DNA of 64,000 nucleotides, from NCBI GenBank assembly GCA_947259295.1, contig CAMYMG010000020.1, forward strand, positions 5,193 through 69,192, given 5' to 3'. The notes below the pieces were generated by a model. It made no database searches and was not told the DNA's origin. It was given only the letters and a program-made list of their open reading frames with translations. Below, one piece after another: positions 8,702-18,524 of the stretch (the stretch's first letter is position 1; every line of letters begins with the position of its first letter). This stretch comes from an uncultured Rhizobiaceae bacterium (GTDB lineage: Bacteria; Pseudomonadota; Alphaproteobacteria; Rhizobiales; Rhizobiaceae). Made by a program: the position numbers and the translations under genes.

Positions 8702-9922
8702 TCAGGCGGTTTGCAGACCGCTTTGACCAGCTGGATCCTCTGAGCGCCGCTGGTACGATACGCGGACGCTATCGCGACCGCTCTTCTTCGCATGATAGAG
8801 CGCCTCGTCGGCGCGGCTCATCAGTTGCGACAGCCCCTCGTCGCCGCTGCGCGCCGCAACGCCGAAGCTTGCCGTCACCCTCACATCCGGCGGCAGTCCG
8901 TCGATTGCCTCGGCCGCGAATACGGCTCGCACGGCCTCTGCCAGCAGCCGCGCGGCTCCCGGATCCGCCAATGGCAGCACGACGGCAAACTCCTCCCCGC
9001 CAAGCCTCCCGGCAACGCCGCGGTCGCCGGCCGCCATCCTCAGCCGCGTCGAAAACTCCACGATCACCCTGTCTCCCGCCGCGTGGCCGTGCTTGTCGTT
9101 CAGCGCCTTGAACTGGTCGAGGTCGGCGATCACCAGGGCGACAGGCAGATTGCTCCTGGCACAGCTGTCGAGCAGCATCGATGCCTTCGCTTCGAAGCCG
9201 CGGCGATTGAGCAGTCCCGACAACGGATCGGTCAGCGACTCGGCCTTGAGCTGCCTCATTGCATCCTGGGCCTCGGCCGCAAACAGCGTGAGCGCGATCA
9301 GCAGCGACAGCAACGCGTGACTGAGCACTGTGGACGTCCAGTAGAGCGACGACTGCATCCCCTCGTAGCTTTGATAGTCACCCCCGATCGCGATGGCGAT
9401 CAGCGGGCGCAGGAGGAAGTTCAGCCCCGTCAGCGTGGAAAGAACGAGCAGCAGCTTCTCGATCTGGCCCTTGGACGCAATGACGCGGATTTCCGCCGCG
9501 ACGATCAGGCATATGCCGCCGAAGGCGAAATTCAGCATGTAGATGCGCCAGGTCAGGCTAGGTTCGACGAACATGAACCAGGCGAAGGCCGCGACCCCGC
9601 AGCTTCCCAGCGTCACAAAGGCCGCCAGTGGAATCCTGCGGCCAAAGCGGGCGACCACGGCCGACGCCATGCAGATCGTCGCCAGCGTGAAGATGATGAT
9701 CGAAAACAGCTTGGTCAGGTCAAGCCCGATCGGCAGCTCGAACCGCTGAAGCAAGAAGCCGGCCGAACTTCCGACATAGGCCAGGGCGAGTGCTGCGAGA
9801 TAACGGCGATCCTGCCGATAGCGCCACAGCAGGTAGAATGACATCGCCAGAACCAGCGATATCAACGGGTTGAGCAGGGATATGGAAAGATCCGTATGCA
9901 AAAGGCCTGCCGTCCTGTCCAC
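8702..9922 (-). CDS. membrane-bound diguanylate cyclase (GGDEF domain), tandem paralog
   Basis: 406 aa from a GTG start (start uncertain). Multi-TM N-terminus and RLGGEEFAVVL. Collinear by eye with the downstream GGDEF gene. Confidence 0.85.
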   Translation of the reverse strand: MDRTAGLLHTDLSISLLNPLISLVLAMSFYLLWRYRQDRRYLAALALAYVGSSAGFLLQRFELPIGLDLTKLFSIIIFTLATICMASAVVARFGRRIPLAAFVTLGSCGVAAFAWFMFVEPSLTWRIYMLNFAFGGICLIVAAEIRVIASKGQIEKLLLVLSTLTGLNFLLRPLIAIAIGGDYQSYEGMQSSLYWTSTVLSHALLSLLIALTLFAAEAQDAMRQLKAESLTDPLSGLLNRRGFEAKASMLLDSCARSNLPVALVIADLDQFKALNDKHGHAAGDRVIVEFSTRLRMAAGDRGVAGRLGGEEFAVVLPLADPGAARLLAEAVRAVFAAEAIDGLPPDVRVTASFGVAARSGDEGLSQLMSRADEALYHAKKSGRDSVRVSYQRRSEDPAGQSGLQTA

Positions 9923-9998
9923 CCGATACCGCGGCGGACTCTAATGGCCATGAACGAACATACGGTTAAGCGATGCGCCCTTAGGTCAAGGGGCGGTC

Positions 9999-10026
9999 GC
10001 TGCCGGCGACTTTCGCCGCCGGCAGC
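9999..10026 (-). terminator. GC-rich hairpin downstream of leuC (possible terminator)
   Basis: GCTGCCGGCG / CGCCGGCAGC forms a 10-bp stem with an 8-nt loop, 13 nt past the leuC stop. No clear U-tract. Confidence 0.4.
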
Positions 10027-10038
10027 CGTAGTCCAACG

Positions 10039-11448
10039 CTATTTCCAGTCGCGGATGTCGACGAAATGTCCGGCGATTGCGGCTGCAGCAGCCATTGCCG
10101 GCGAGACGAGATGCGTCCGGCCCTTGAAGCCCTGACGTCCTTCGAAGTTGCGGTTGGATGTCGACGCACAGCGCTCCTGCGGCTTCAGGCGATCCTCGTT
10201 CATGGCCAGGCACATCGAGCAGCCAGGCTCGCGCCAGTCAAATCCGGCCGCGATGAAGATCTTGTCCAGCCCCTCGGCCTCCGCCTGCTGCTTGACCAGT
10301 CCCGACCCCGGCACGATCATCGCATCGACGCGCGGGTTCACCGTCTTGCCCTCGACCACCTTGGCGACGGCGCGCAGATCCTCGATGCGTCCGTTCGTGC
10401 ACGATCCGATGAACACCCGGTCGAGCTCGATGTCGGTGATCCTGGTGCCGGCGGTGAGGCCCATATAGTCGAGCGCGCGCTGCTTCGACGTGCGGCGGTT
10501 TTCGTCGTCGATGGCAGCCGGGTCCGGCACCACGCCCTGCACCGACACGACGTCTTCGGGCGACGAGCCCCAGGACACGATCGGCGGCAAATTGGCGGCG
10601 TCGAGCACCACGACCTTGTCGAAATGCGCGCCCTCGTCGGTGACCAGCGTCTTCCAGTAGTCCATGGCCATGTCCCAGGCAGCGCCCTTCGGCGCCCGCG
10701 GCTTGTCCTTGACATAGGCAAAGGTCGTCTCGTCGGGCGCGATCAGCCCGGCGCGCGCCCCGCCCTCGATCGACATGTTGCAGATCGTCATGCGGCCTTC
10801 CATCGACAGCGAACGGATTGCCTCGCCCGCATATTCGATGACATAGCCGGTGCCGCCCGCCGTGCCGATCTCGCCGATGATGGCGAGGATGATGTCCTTT
10901 GCGGTGATGCCTTCCGGCAGCTTGCCATCGACCCGCACCAGCATGTTCTTGGCCTTGCGCTGGATCAGCGTCTGCGTCGCCAGCACATGCTCGACCTCGG
11001 AGGTGCCGATGCCATGTGCGAGTGCCCCGAAAGCGCCATGCGTCGAGGTGTGGCTGTCGCCGCAGACGATCGTCATGCCGGGCAGGGTGAAGCCCTGCTC
11101 TGGACCGATGATGTGGACGATGCCCTGGCGGATGTCCTTCTCGGAATAGTACTCGACGCCGAAATCGGCGGCATTGGTGGCCAATGCCTCGACCTGGATG
11201 CGGCTTTCCTCGTTCTTGATGCCGAATTTGCGGTCGGGCGAGGTCGACACGTTGTGGTCGACCACGGCCAGGGTCCGCTCGGGATGGCGAACCTTGCGGC
11301 CGGTCATCCGCAGCCCCTCGAAGGCCTGCGGGCTGGTCACCTCATGCACGAGGTGGCGGTCGATATAGAGCAGGCAGGTACCGTCGTCCTGGCGGTCGAC
11401 AACGTGCTCGTCGAAAATCTTGTCGTAGAGTGTGCGCGGTGCGCTCAT
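10039..11448 (-). CDS. leuC: 3-isopropylmalate dehydratase large subunit
   Basis: 469 aa aconitase-family protein ([46 protein letters not shown]). Confidence 0.97.
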   Translation of the reverse strand: MSAPRTLYDKIFDEHVVDRQDDGTCLLYIDRHLVHEVTSPQAFEGLRMTGRKVRHPERTLAVVDHNVSTSPDRKFGIKNEESRIQVEALATNAADFGVEYYSEKDIRQGIVHIIGPEQGFTLPGMTIVCGDSHTSTHGAFGALAHGIGTSEVEHVLATQTLIQRKAKNMLVRVDGKLPEGITAKDIILAIIGEIGTAGGTGYVIEYAGEAIRSLSMEGRMTICNMSIEGGARAGLIAPDETTFAYVKDKPRAPKGAAWDMAMDYWKTLVTDEGAHFDKVVVLDAANLPPIVSWGSSPEDVVSVQGVVPDPAAIDDENRRTSKQRALDYMGLTAGTRITDIELDRVFIGSCTNGRIEDLRAVAKVVEGKTVNPRVDAMIVPGSGLVKQQAEAEGLDKIFIAAGFDWREPGCSMCLAMNEDRLKPQERCASTSNRNFEGRQGFKGRTHLVSPAMAAAAAIAGHFVDIRDWK

Positions 11449-11693
11449 GTGCGTGAATCCGTCGATTATGTCTGAAGATGAAGTCCGGCAATGCCGGGCG
11501 CAAGCTGGCCTGGATCAGGACAGTCGGCAGGTCAGCGCACCGGAGACGCGCGCAAAGAAGCGCGCCGGCAGGCGCTTGTGGTCCTGCAGCACGAACTTCC
11601 TGAAGCGTGGGTCGCCGAACAACTCTTCCATGCGCGGCTCATACCAATGTTTTGGCTGCGCGGCAATCGGATCGGCGGGCTTGCCCGGCCTGG

Positions 11694-12260
11694 TCAGCGA
11701 CCGGGGCGGTCCGGTGTGTCGGGACCATCGTCGTCTCCGGCGCCGCTTTTCGGTAAGGAACGACCCTGTTCCACCTTGCCTGCCCGGTTGAGATCCAGCC
11801 TGTGCTCGAGCGTATGCATTATCCCGAGCACGAAGAGGCTGATCAGCGTCGAGAACGTGGCAATCTGCCAGAGCCCCAGCCCGCAGCCAAGGCCGATCGC
11901 TCCCGCCATCCACATGCCTGCCCCGGTGGTAAGGCCATGCACTTCGCCACGCTTGAAGATCACCAGGCCGGCGGCCAAGAAGGCGACGCCGGCCGTGACC
12001 GCTTCGACCACGCGCAGCGGATCGAATCGGGTCGAATCCTCGACGAACATCGGCGCATGCACGATCTCGATGGTCAGGATCGCGAAGGTCGCGGCCGCCA
12101 CGCAGACCAGGATGTGCGTGCGAAGGCCGGCCGGTCGGTCCCGCCACTCGCGCTCGAATCCGATGATCGCGCCGAACAGTGTTGCCAATACGAGACGAGC
12201 CACGACGACGACAAAGGGCGTGTAGGTAGGATGCCCGAATTCTCTCGCCAGTTCCTGCAT
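11694..12260 (-). CDS. MgtC/SapB family membrane protein
   Basis: 188 aa. GAGGAG precedes the ATG. Has the MgtC signature region (RLVLATLFGAIIGFEREWRDRPAGLRTHILV) plus hydrophobic helices. Confidence 0.85.
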   Translation of the reverse strand: MQELAREFGHPTYTPFVVVVARLVLATLFGAIIGFEREWRDRPAGLRTHILVCVAAATFAILTIEIVHAPMFVEDSTRFDPLRVVEAVTAGVAFLAAGLVIFKRGEVHGLTTGAGMWMAGAIGLGCGLGLWQIATFSTLISLFVLGIMHTLEHRLDLNRAGKVEQGRSLPKSGAGDDDGPDTPDRPGR

Positions 12261-12408
12261 CGTCTCCTCGCGGCGCGACCAAGGTCAGGTTTTCTCAACG
12301 CATCGGCGAAACGCGCGTTCCACGCCCGATCACGCAGGTTTGTAGCGGCTTGTGTTGAAACCTTCCAGCGCTGCAGTAGGTGACGGCCTGAACCTTGGAG
12401 ACTCCGTC

Positions 12409-13014
12409 ATGTTCAAAACCCTGTTGGCCGCAGCTATCGTGGCTATTGCCGTTCTACCCGCGCCGATCGCTCAGGCTGCGGAGAAGTCCATCATTCTCGC
12501 GGGCGGCTGCTTCTGGTGCGTCGAGAAGGATTTCGATCATGTCCCAGGCGTGTTGTCGACGACGTCGGGCTACGCCGGCGGCACGACCGAGAACCCGACC
12601 TATGAGAACCACACGGCCGGTCGCCACCGGGAAGTGGTGAAGATCGACTACGACGACACCAAGGTAAGCTTCGAAAAGCTTCTCGACGTGTTCTGGCATT
12701 CCGTCGATCCGACCGATGGCGGCGGGCAGTTTTGCGACCGGGGGCACTCCTATACGACCGCGATCTACGTCGCCGATGCCGAGGAATTGCAGAAGGCCGA
12801 GGCATCCAAGGAAGCGATCGCCGCGCAGCTCGGAAAGCCCGTCGCGACCGAAATCGCTCTCGCGCCGGCTTTCTGGCCGGCGGAGGAATATCATCAGAAC
12901 TACTATGAGAAGAACCCGGTCAAATATCGCTTCTACCGCTACTCATGCGGACGCGACAGCCGTATCAAGGACCTTTGGGGGAGTGCCGCACACGAAGGGA
13001 TCGAAGGGTCGTAG
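12409..13014 (+). CDS. msrA: peptide-methionine (S)-S-oxide reductase MsrA with N-terminal signal peptide
   Basis: GGAG lies 8 nt before the ATG at 12409. Signal peptide MFKTLLAAAIVAIAVLPAPIAQA is followed by the MsrA active site GGCFWCVEKDF. Confidence 0.92.
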   Translation: MFKTLLAAAIVAIAVLPAPIAQAAEKSIILAGGCFWCVEKDFDHVPGVLSTTSGYAGGTTENPTYENHTAGRHREVVKIDYDDTKVSFEKLLDVFWHSVDPTDGGGQFCDRGHSYTTAIYVADAEELQKAEASKEAIAAQLGKPVATEIALAPAFWPAEEYHQNYYEKNPVKYRFYRYSCGRDSRIKDLWGSAAHEGIEGS

Positions 13015-13036
13015 CTGCCATTGTGTGAAACGAGAA

Positions 13037-13058
13037 ACGGGCGCCGCAGGGCGCCCGT
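13037..13058. terminator. bidirectional hairpin terminator between convergent msrA and osmC
   Basis: ACGGGCGCC-gcag-GGCGCCCGT forms a 9-bp stem. T-rich flanks on both strands (TCATTTCGG on +, TTCTCGTTTC on -). Confidence 0.65.
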
Positions 13059-13081
13059 CCTCATTTCGGCTGGCTGGACCC

Positions 13082-13507
13082 TCAGGCTAGCGATGCGTCC
13101 AGCGATACGTTGATCGCGCCGAGCGCCTGCGACACCGGGCAGCCGGCCTTGGCCTTGTCGGCCAGTTCCTTGAACTTCGCCGCATCGATGCCGGGGACGG
13201 TGCCCACGAGTGTGATCGCGCTTCCGGTGATGCCGGTGCCCGGAACCAGCGTCACGACGGCCTTGGCGTCGAGCTTCTCGGCCGGGGTGCCGTTCTCCGC
13301 CAGGAAGTGCGAAAGCTGCATCGCGAAGCAGCCGGCATGGGCGGCGGCCAGCAGCTCTTCCGGATTTGTTCCCGACTTGCCGCTTTCATCCTCGAATCGT
13401 GCCTTGAACGTATAGGGAAGAGCCGAGAGCGCACCGCTCTGCGTGTCGAGCGTGCCTTTCCCCTCTTTCAAAGTGCCCTTCCAGACGGCTGTGGCGTGAC
13501 GATCCAT
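13082..13507 (-). CDS. osmC: OsmC family peroxiredoxin
   Basis: 141 aa. AGGAG precedes the ATG. Typical OsmC features (TNPEELLAAAHAGCFAMQ ... AGCPVSQAL) with the two conserved Cys. Confidence 0.9.
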   Translation of the reverse strand: MDRHATAVWKGTLKEGKGTLDTQSGALSALPYTFKARFEDESGKSGTNPEELLAAAHAGCFAMQLSHFLAENGTPAEKLDAKAVVTLVPGTGITGSAITLVGTVPGIDAAKFKELADKAKAGCPVSQALGAINVSLDASLA

Positions 13508-13896
13508 AATCTTCTCCTGGGTTGAATGACGAGCCGGCGCCTCTCCGGGCGCTGGGCACCCGGATCACTTAGCGCATTCAGGCAGATTTTCAATTTGTCG
13601 CGGCGCCGTCAGGCACAAATGTCGGCTGGCGGGCGCCTATCGCGTCCTTTGTGAGCTTCGCCGCCCCTTCCTGCGGCTCATGAGGGAACTGCCATGTATC
13701 CACCACCGCACCGCGACATAGGGCCGGAGTACTCCGACCTTCATTGCCCGGCACGTCGCCCGTCTCTTTTCTCCTTGATAAGGTTGGCGGTTTGCGTGGT
13801 CCTCGTCGCATCCTTCGTGGTCGTCATCGAACTCGCCGCAACACGCCATGCAGCTCAAGGCCCCATCGCTTCGACAACAACGCAAGGAAACGCTCG

Positions 13897-14253
13897 ATGA
13901 AATATGTATGTCTGGTCTATGGGCAGGAGTCCGACCTCCACGCCATGAGCAAGGCAGAACTCGCCAGGCTCGACGCCGATTCCGTCGCCTACGACAGGTC
14001 GCTCGCCGAAGAAGGCAGCTTGATCATCGCCCAGGCCTTGCAATCCGTCAGGCACTCCAAATCGGTCCGCCGCCGCAAAGGCAAGACGATGGTGACGGAC
14101 GGGCCCTTCGCTGAGACGAAGGAACAACTGCTGGGATTCGTTATGGTGGAGGCAGACAGTCTCGAACGGGCCATCAATATTGCAGCGGCAATTCCCCTGG
14201 CGGTGCTGGGCACTATCGAAGTCCGGGCGATCTACAGGGTACCCGGCTCCTGA
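13897..14253 (+). CDS. YCII-related (DGPF) domain protein
   Basis: 118 aa from the internal ATG (MKYVCLVYGQE...). Contains the DGPFAETKEQLLGF motif typical of the YCII/DGPF family. Confidence 0.8.
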   Translation: MKYVCLVYGQESDLHAMSKAELARLDADSVAYDRSLAEEGSLIIAQALQSVRHSKSVRRRKGKTMVTDGPFAETKEQLLGFVMVEADSLERAINIAAAIPLAVLGTIEVRAIYRVPGS

Positions 14254-14286
14254 CGGATCGGGACTGCCGGGTCTGGGACCGTCGGG

Positions 14287-15537
14287 CTATATTGCCTCGC
14301 CCTTGAGCAGCCGAGGCGTGTCGCCGCCCAGCCCGGAAGCCTGCTGGATGAAAAACTGCTTCATGCGCGGCATGCGCTCGACGAGGCCGAGGCCGATGTC
14401 GCGGATCGCCCGCAACGGACCGAAATCGTTCGAGAACAGCCGGTTCAGCACATCGGTCGTGATGCCCATCTGGACCGTGTCGAAGCGACGCCATTGCTGG
14501 TAGCGCTCCAGGACGTCGAGCGCGCCGATGTCCTGCCCGAGCCGGTCCGCCTCGACCACCGTTTCGGCAAGTGCTGCTGCGTCCTTGAAGCCGAGGTTGA
14601 GGCCCTGGCCGGCGATCGGATGGATGCCGTGGGCGGCATCGCCGACCAACGCGATGCGCGGCGCGACGAAGGCGCGCGCCAGGGTCAGTCCTAGCGGCCA
14701 GGCGCGCGGCGTTCCTTCCACCGTGATCTCGCCGAGCTTCAGGCCGAATCGCTGCTCCAGCTCCACCTCGAATATGAAGGGGTCCCCTGAAACGAGCCGT
14801 TCCGCGTCGGCTGTCCGCTCCGTCCACACGATGGATGACCGGTTGCCCGACAATGGCAGTATGGCAAAGGGTCCGGCCGGCAGGAAATGCTCCTCGGCGC
14901 GGCCATTGTGCGGGCGCTGATGCGCCACGGTGCACACGATCCCCGACTGGTCGTACTTCCACTCGACCGTCTTGATGCCCGCCATGTCGCGCAGCTTCGA
15001 CCTGACCCCATCGGCGGCCACCAGGAGACGCGTCTCCAGGGTGATCCCGTCGGCGAGCTGAACCCTTGTGCTGGCCGGACCGGTTTCGAAAGAGCCGACC
15101 GCCACGCCCTCGACGATATCGATCCCGAGTTCGGCCGCACGCCTGCGCAAGGCACCGTTGAGGACCTTGTTGCCCACCATGTGCGCGAAGGGCTCACCGG
15201 GTGCCACCTCGCCATCGAAGGTGAGAAACACCGGACGCACCGGATCGGATGTGCGGGAATCGGTGACGATCATGTCGGTGATCGCCTGCGCCTGCGGCGC
15301 GATCTCGCCCCAGCATCCGAGGCGTTCCAGCATGCGGCAAGCGGCGGCCGCGATGGCGGAAGCGCGGCCATCCTTTTCCCAGACACCTTCCGGTGCGGCA
15401 TCGACGATCGCAACGGCAAGGCTGGGCCGGGCCTGCTTGAGCGACACCGCCGTGGCAAGGCCGACATAGCCGGCGCCTGCCACCAGCACGTCGATCGGCC
15501 GGTCCGTGGGCATCGCACCCTCTTTACTCGCCGCCAT
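14287..15537 (-). CDS. UbiH/UbiF/VisC/COQ6-family FAD-dependent ubiquinone hydroxylase
   Basis: 416 aa with FAD fold VLVAGAGYVGLA and motif LVGDAAHGIHPIAGQGLNLG. The start could instead be the ATG at 15513. Confidence 0.9.
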   Translation of the reverse strand: MAASKEGAMPTDRPIDVLVAGAGYVGLATAVSLKQARPSLAVAIVDAAPEGVWEKDGRASAIAAAACRMLERLGCWGEIAPQAQAITDMIVTDSRTSDPVRPVFLTFDGEVAPGEPFAHMVGNKVLNGALRRRAAELGIDIVEGVAVGSFETGPASTRVQLADGITLETRLLVAADGVRSKLRDMAGIKTVEWKYDQSGIVCTVAHQRPHNGRAEEHFLPAGPFAILPLSGNRSSIVWTERTADAERLVSGDPFIFEVELEQRFGLKLGEITVEGTPRAWPLGLTLARAFVAPRIALVGDAAHGIHPIAGQGLNLGFKDAAALAETVVEADRLGQDIGALDVLERYQQWRRFDTVQMGITTDVLNRLFSNDFGPLRAIRDIGLGLVERMPRMKQFFIQQASGLGGDTPRLLKGEAI

Positions 15538-15618
15538 AGCTCCGTCTCCGCCTTGACTTGACCAATCGATCCTGTTCGAAACCGATGCTTACGCTGTTCC
15601 GGAAAAGGGCGCGAAAAT

Positions 15619-16494
15619 ATGTCGGCCGCGATGCAGGAACTTCTCGCCATACTCGACCTCGAAAGGCTCGAGCACAACCTGTTCCGTGGTCGCAGCCCGA
15701 AGGAAAGCTGGCAGCGTGTTTTCGGCGGCCAGACGATCGCCCAGTCGCTCGTGGCGGCCCAACGCACGGTCGAACCCGACCGCTACGTGCATTCGCTGCA
15801 TGCCTATTTCATGCGGCCAGGCGATACGTCCTTGCCGATCGTCTATGAGGTAGATCGCATCCGCGACGGCGGATCGTTCACGACACGCCGCGTCATCGCC
15901 ATCCAGCATGGCCAGGCGATCTTCTCCCTGGAGGCCTCGTTTCAGGGCGATGAAGAAGGCCTCGAACACCAGGTGCCGATGCCGCACAACGTTGCCGCCC
16001 CCGACACCCTGCTCAGCCAGCGGGATCTTATGGGCAAGTTCGGCGACGTCGTGCCAGAGGGGATCCGGCGCTACTGGGAGCGCGACCGCCCAATCGAGAT
16101 GAAGCCGGTGATGCTTCAGCACTATACCAGCCGCGAGAAGCTCGAGCCGCATCAGAACATCTGGATCCGCACCACCGGCCCGGTTCCCGCCGATCGCGCC
16201 ACCCAGTCGGCCGTGCTCGCATATCTTTCCGACATGACGCTTCTCGACACCTCGACCTTCGCGCATGGCCGAGCCATTTTCGACCCCGACATCCAAGCGG
16301 CCAGCCTCGACCACGCCATGTGGTTTCACCGGCCGCACGCGCTCGACAGCTGGCTCCTCTACACGCAGGACAGTCCCTCGACACAGGGTTCCCGCGGCTT
16401 CACGCGCGGCGCGCTCTACGCCGAAGACGGCACGCTGATCGCCTCTGTCGCCCAGGAAGGCCTGATCCGCCTCAGGCGTCAGCCCGCAATCTAA
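15619..16494 (+). CDS. tesB: acyl-CoA thioesterase II
   Basis: 291 aa, collinear by eye with E. coli TesB (LLAILDLERLEHNLFRG, QVFGGQ, HSLHAYF, DHAMWFHRP). Confidence 0.9.
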   Translation: MSAAMQELLAILDLERLEHNLFRGRSPKESWQRVFGGQTIAQSLVAAQRTVEPDRYVHSLHAYFMRPGDTSLPIVYEVDRIRDGGSFTTRRVIAIQHGQAIFSLEASFQGDEEGLEHQVPMPHNVAAPDTLLSQRDLMGKFGDVVPEGIRRYWERDRPIEMKPVMLQHYTSREKLEPHQNIWIRTTGPVPADRATQSAVLAYLSDMTLLDTSTFAHGRAIFDPDIQAASLDHAMWFHRPHALDSWLLYTQDSPSTQGSRGFTRGALYAEDGTLIASVAQEGLIRLRRQPAI

Positions 16495-16613
16495 GCAATT
16501 TCCAAAATTTGCCTATTTTTTAGGCAGCACGATTGCTGCGTGTGCGAAGTGCTCGCTGGCAATCAGGCCCATTTCCGTTGATTTACAACAGGTTAACAAG
16601 CCTCTTGTCGAAT

Positions 16614-16634
16614 TGGCACGGGGCTTGAATTGCA
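16614..16634 (+). promoter_or_regulatory. sigma-54-like element TGGCAC-N5-TTGAA (imperfect -12) upstream of glnK
   Basis: TGGCACGGGGCTTGAATTGCA lies about 85-105 nt upstream of the glnK ATG. The -24 box is perfect. The -12 box reads TTGA rather than TTGC at canonical spacing, and a TTGCA follows 5 nt later. Confidence 0.3.
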
Positions 16635-16681
16635 CTGGTCACTTGCCGGTCGTCGAGGGGCGTCCGGCCAGGCACGTGTAA

Positions 16682-17056
<375 letters not shown>

Positions 17057-17087
17057 GCGGGCTCATTCCCATTCCATGGAGATTTCA

Positions 17088-18461
17088 ATGACCATACCAA
17101 CCAGTATCAAATCAGCGGCCCGCACCGCGCTTCTGGGCACACTCGCCCTCGGCGCACTGGGGACGATCGCCGCATTCGCGCAGGAAGCCGCGCCGGAGGC
17201 TGCCGAAGTGGTGGAAGCGGCCGCGCCGATCATCGACAAGGGCGACGTCGCCTGGATGATGACGTCCTGCGCTCTCGTCCTGTTCATGACCATTCCCGGT
17301 CTGGCGCTTTTCTATGGCGGACTGGTCCGCGCCAAGAACATGCTGTCGGTGCTCATGCAGTGCACCGTCATCGCCTCGGTCATGATGATCGTCTGGGTTT
17401 TCTGGGGCTACTCGATGGCCTTTGGCGGCGGCACCAGCCCGTTCTGGGGCGGCTTCGGCAAGCTGTTCCTTGCCGGCGTAACGGTTGATTCGACGGCGGC
17501 CACGTTCACGGACGGCGTTGTCCTGCCGGAATACCTTTTCATCGCCTTCCAGATGACGTTCGCCGCCATCACCCCGGCGCTGATCGTCGGTGCCTTCGCT
17601 GAACGCATCAAGTTCCGCGCAGTAGTGCTGTTCTCGGTCCTCTGGGGGACCTTCGTCTATTTCCCGGTCGCACACATGGTCTGGGACGGCGCAGGCTACA
17701 TCTTCAACCTCGGAGCCATCGACTTCGCCGGCGGCACGGTCGTTCACATCAACGCAGGCATCGCCGCGCTGGTCGGCTGCTTCTTCGTCGGCAAGCGTCT
17801 TGGTTACGGCAAGGACAACATGGCGCCGCATTCCATGACGCTGACCATGGTCGGCGCATCCATGCTGTGGGTCGGCTGGTTCGGCTTCAACGTCGGTTCG
17901 AACCTCGAAGCCACGGCAGGTGCAACGCTTGCCATGATCAACACCTTCGTCTGCACGGCAGCTGCCGTTCTGTCCTGGTCCGCCGTTGAATCCATGGTCC
18001 GCGGCAAGGCCTCGATGCTCGGCGCTGCTTCCGGCATGGTCGCCGGCCTGGTTGCGATCACCCCGGCCTGCGGCACGATCGGTCCTGTCGGTGCCATCAT
18101 CCTCGGCATCGCCGTCAGCCCGGTCTGCTACTTCTTCGTCGCAACCGTGAAGACCAAGTTCGGCTATGACGACTCGCTCGATGTCTTCGGCATCCACGGC
18201 GTGGGCGGCATCATCGGCGCTCTCGGCACCGGCATCCTGACGGCGCCGGGCCTTGGCGGCACCGGCGGCGAAGACTTCAGCATCGGCGGCCAGCTCTGGA
18301 TCCAGTTCGTTGCCGTCGTCATCACCATCGTGTGGTGCGGCGTCATCTCGGCGATCCTCTACAAGGTTGTCGACCTTATCGTCGGTCTGCGCCCGACCGA
18401 GGAAGCCGAGCGCGAAGGTCTGGACCTCACCTCGCACGGCGAGGTTGCGTACCACAGCTGA
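17088..18461 (+). CDS. amtB: ammonium transporter
   Basis: 457 aa from the ATG at 17088 (GGAG upstream). Signal-like N-terminus and Amt family motifs (DVAWMMTSCALVLFMTIPGLALFYGG, DFAGGTVVHINAG, GIHGVGGIIG). Confidence 0.95.
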   Translation: MTIPTSIKSAARTALLGTLALGALGTIAAFAQEAAPEAAEVVEAAAPIIDKGDVAWMMTSCALVLFMTIPGLALFYGGLVRAKNMLSVLMQCTVIASVMMIVWVFWGYSMAFGGGTSPFWGGFGKLFLAGVTVDSTAATFTDGVVLPEYLFIAFQMTFAAITPALIVGAFAERIKFRAVVLFSVLWGTFVYFPVAHMVWDGAGYIFNLGAIDFAGGTVVHINAGIAALVGCFFVGKRLGYGKDNMAPHSMTLTMVGASMLWVGWFGFNVGSNLEATAGATLAMINTFVCTAAAVLSWSAVESMVRGKASMLGAASGMVAGLVAITPACGTIGPVGAIILGIAVSPVCYFFVATVKTKFGYDDSLDVFGIHGVGGIIGALGTGILTAPGLGGTGGEDFSIGGQLWIQFVAVVITIVWCGVISAILYKVVDLIVGLRPTEEAEREGLDLTSHGEVAYHS

Positions 18462-18524
18462 TCCTGTCCCGGGGCGGCCGAGCCGCCCCGGCATCCTCCC
18501 GGCGGACTTCATCTTCCGCAACTT

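Noticed and set aside
13637-13885. Cys-rich 82-aa minus-strand ORF in the osmC / YCII intergenic region
   Set aside because: It has no RBS, poor codon usage, and a composition that looks like a chance open frame in GC-rich DNA. It overlaps the more plausible (still weak) plus-strand TM ORF.
17112-18521. 469-aa minus-strand ORF
   Set aside because: It is antisense to amtB, Asp/Arg/Gly-rich, and has no motif.
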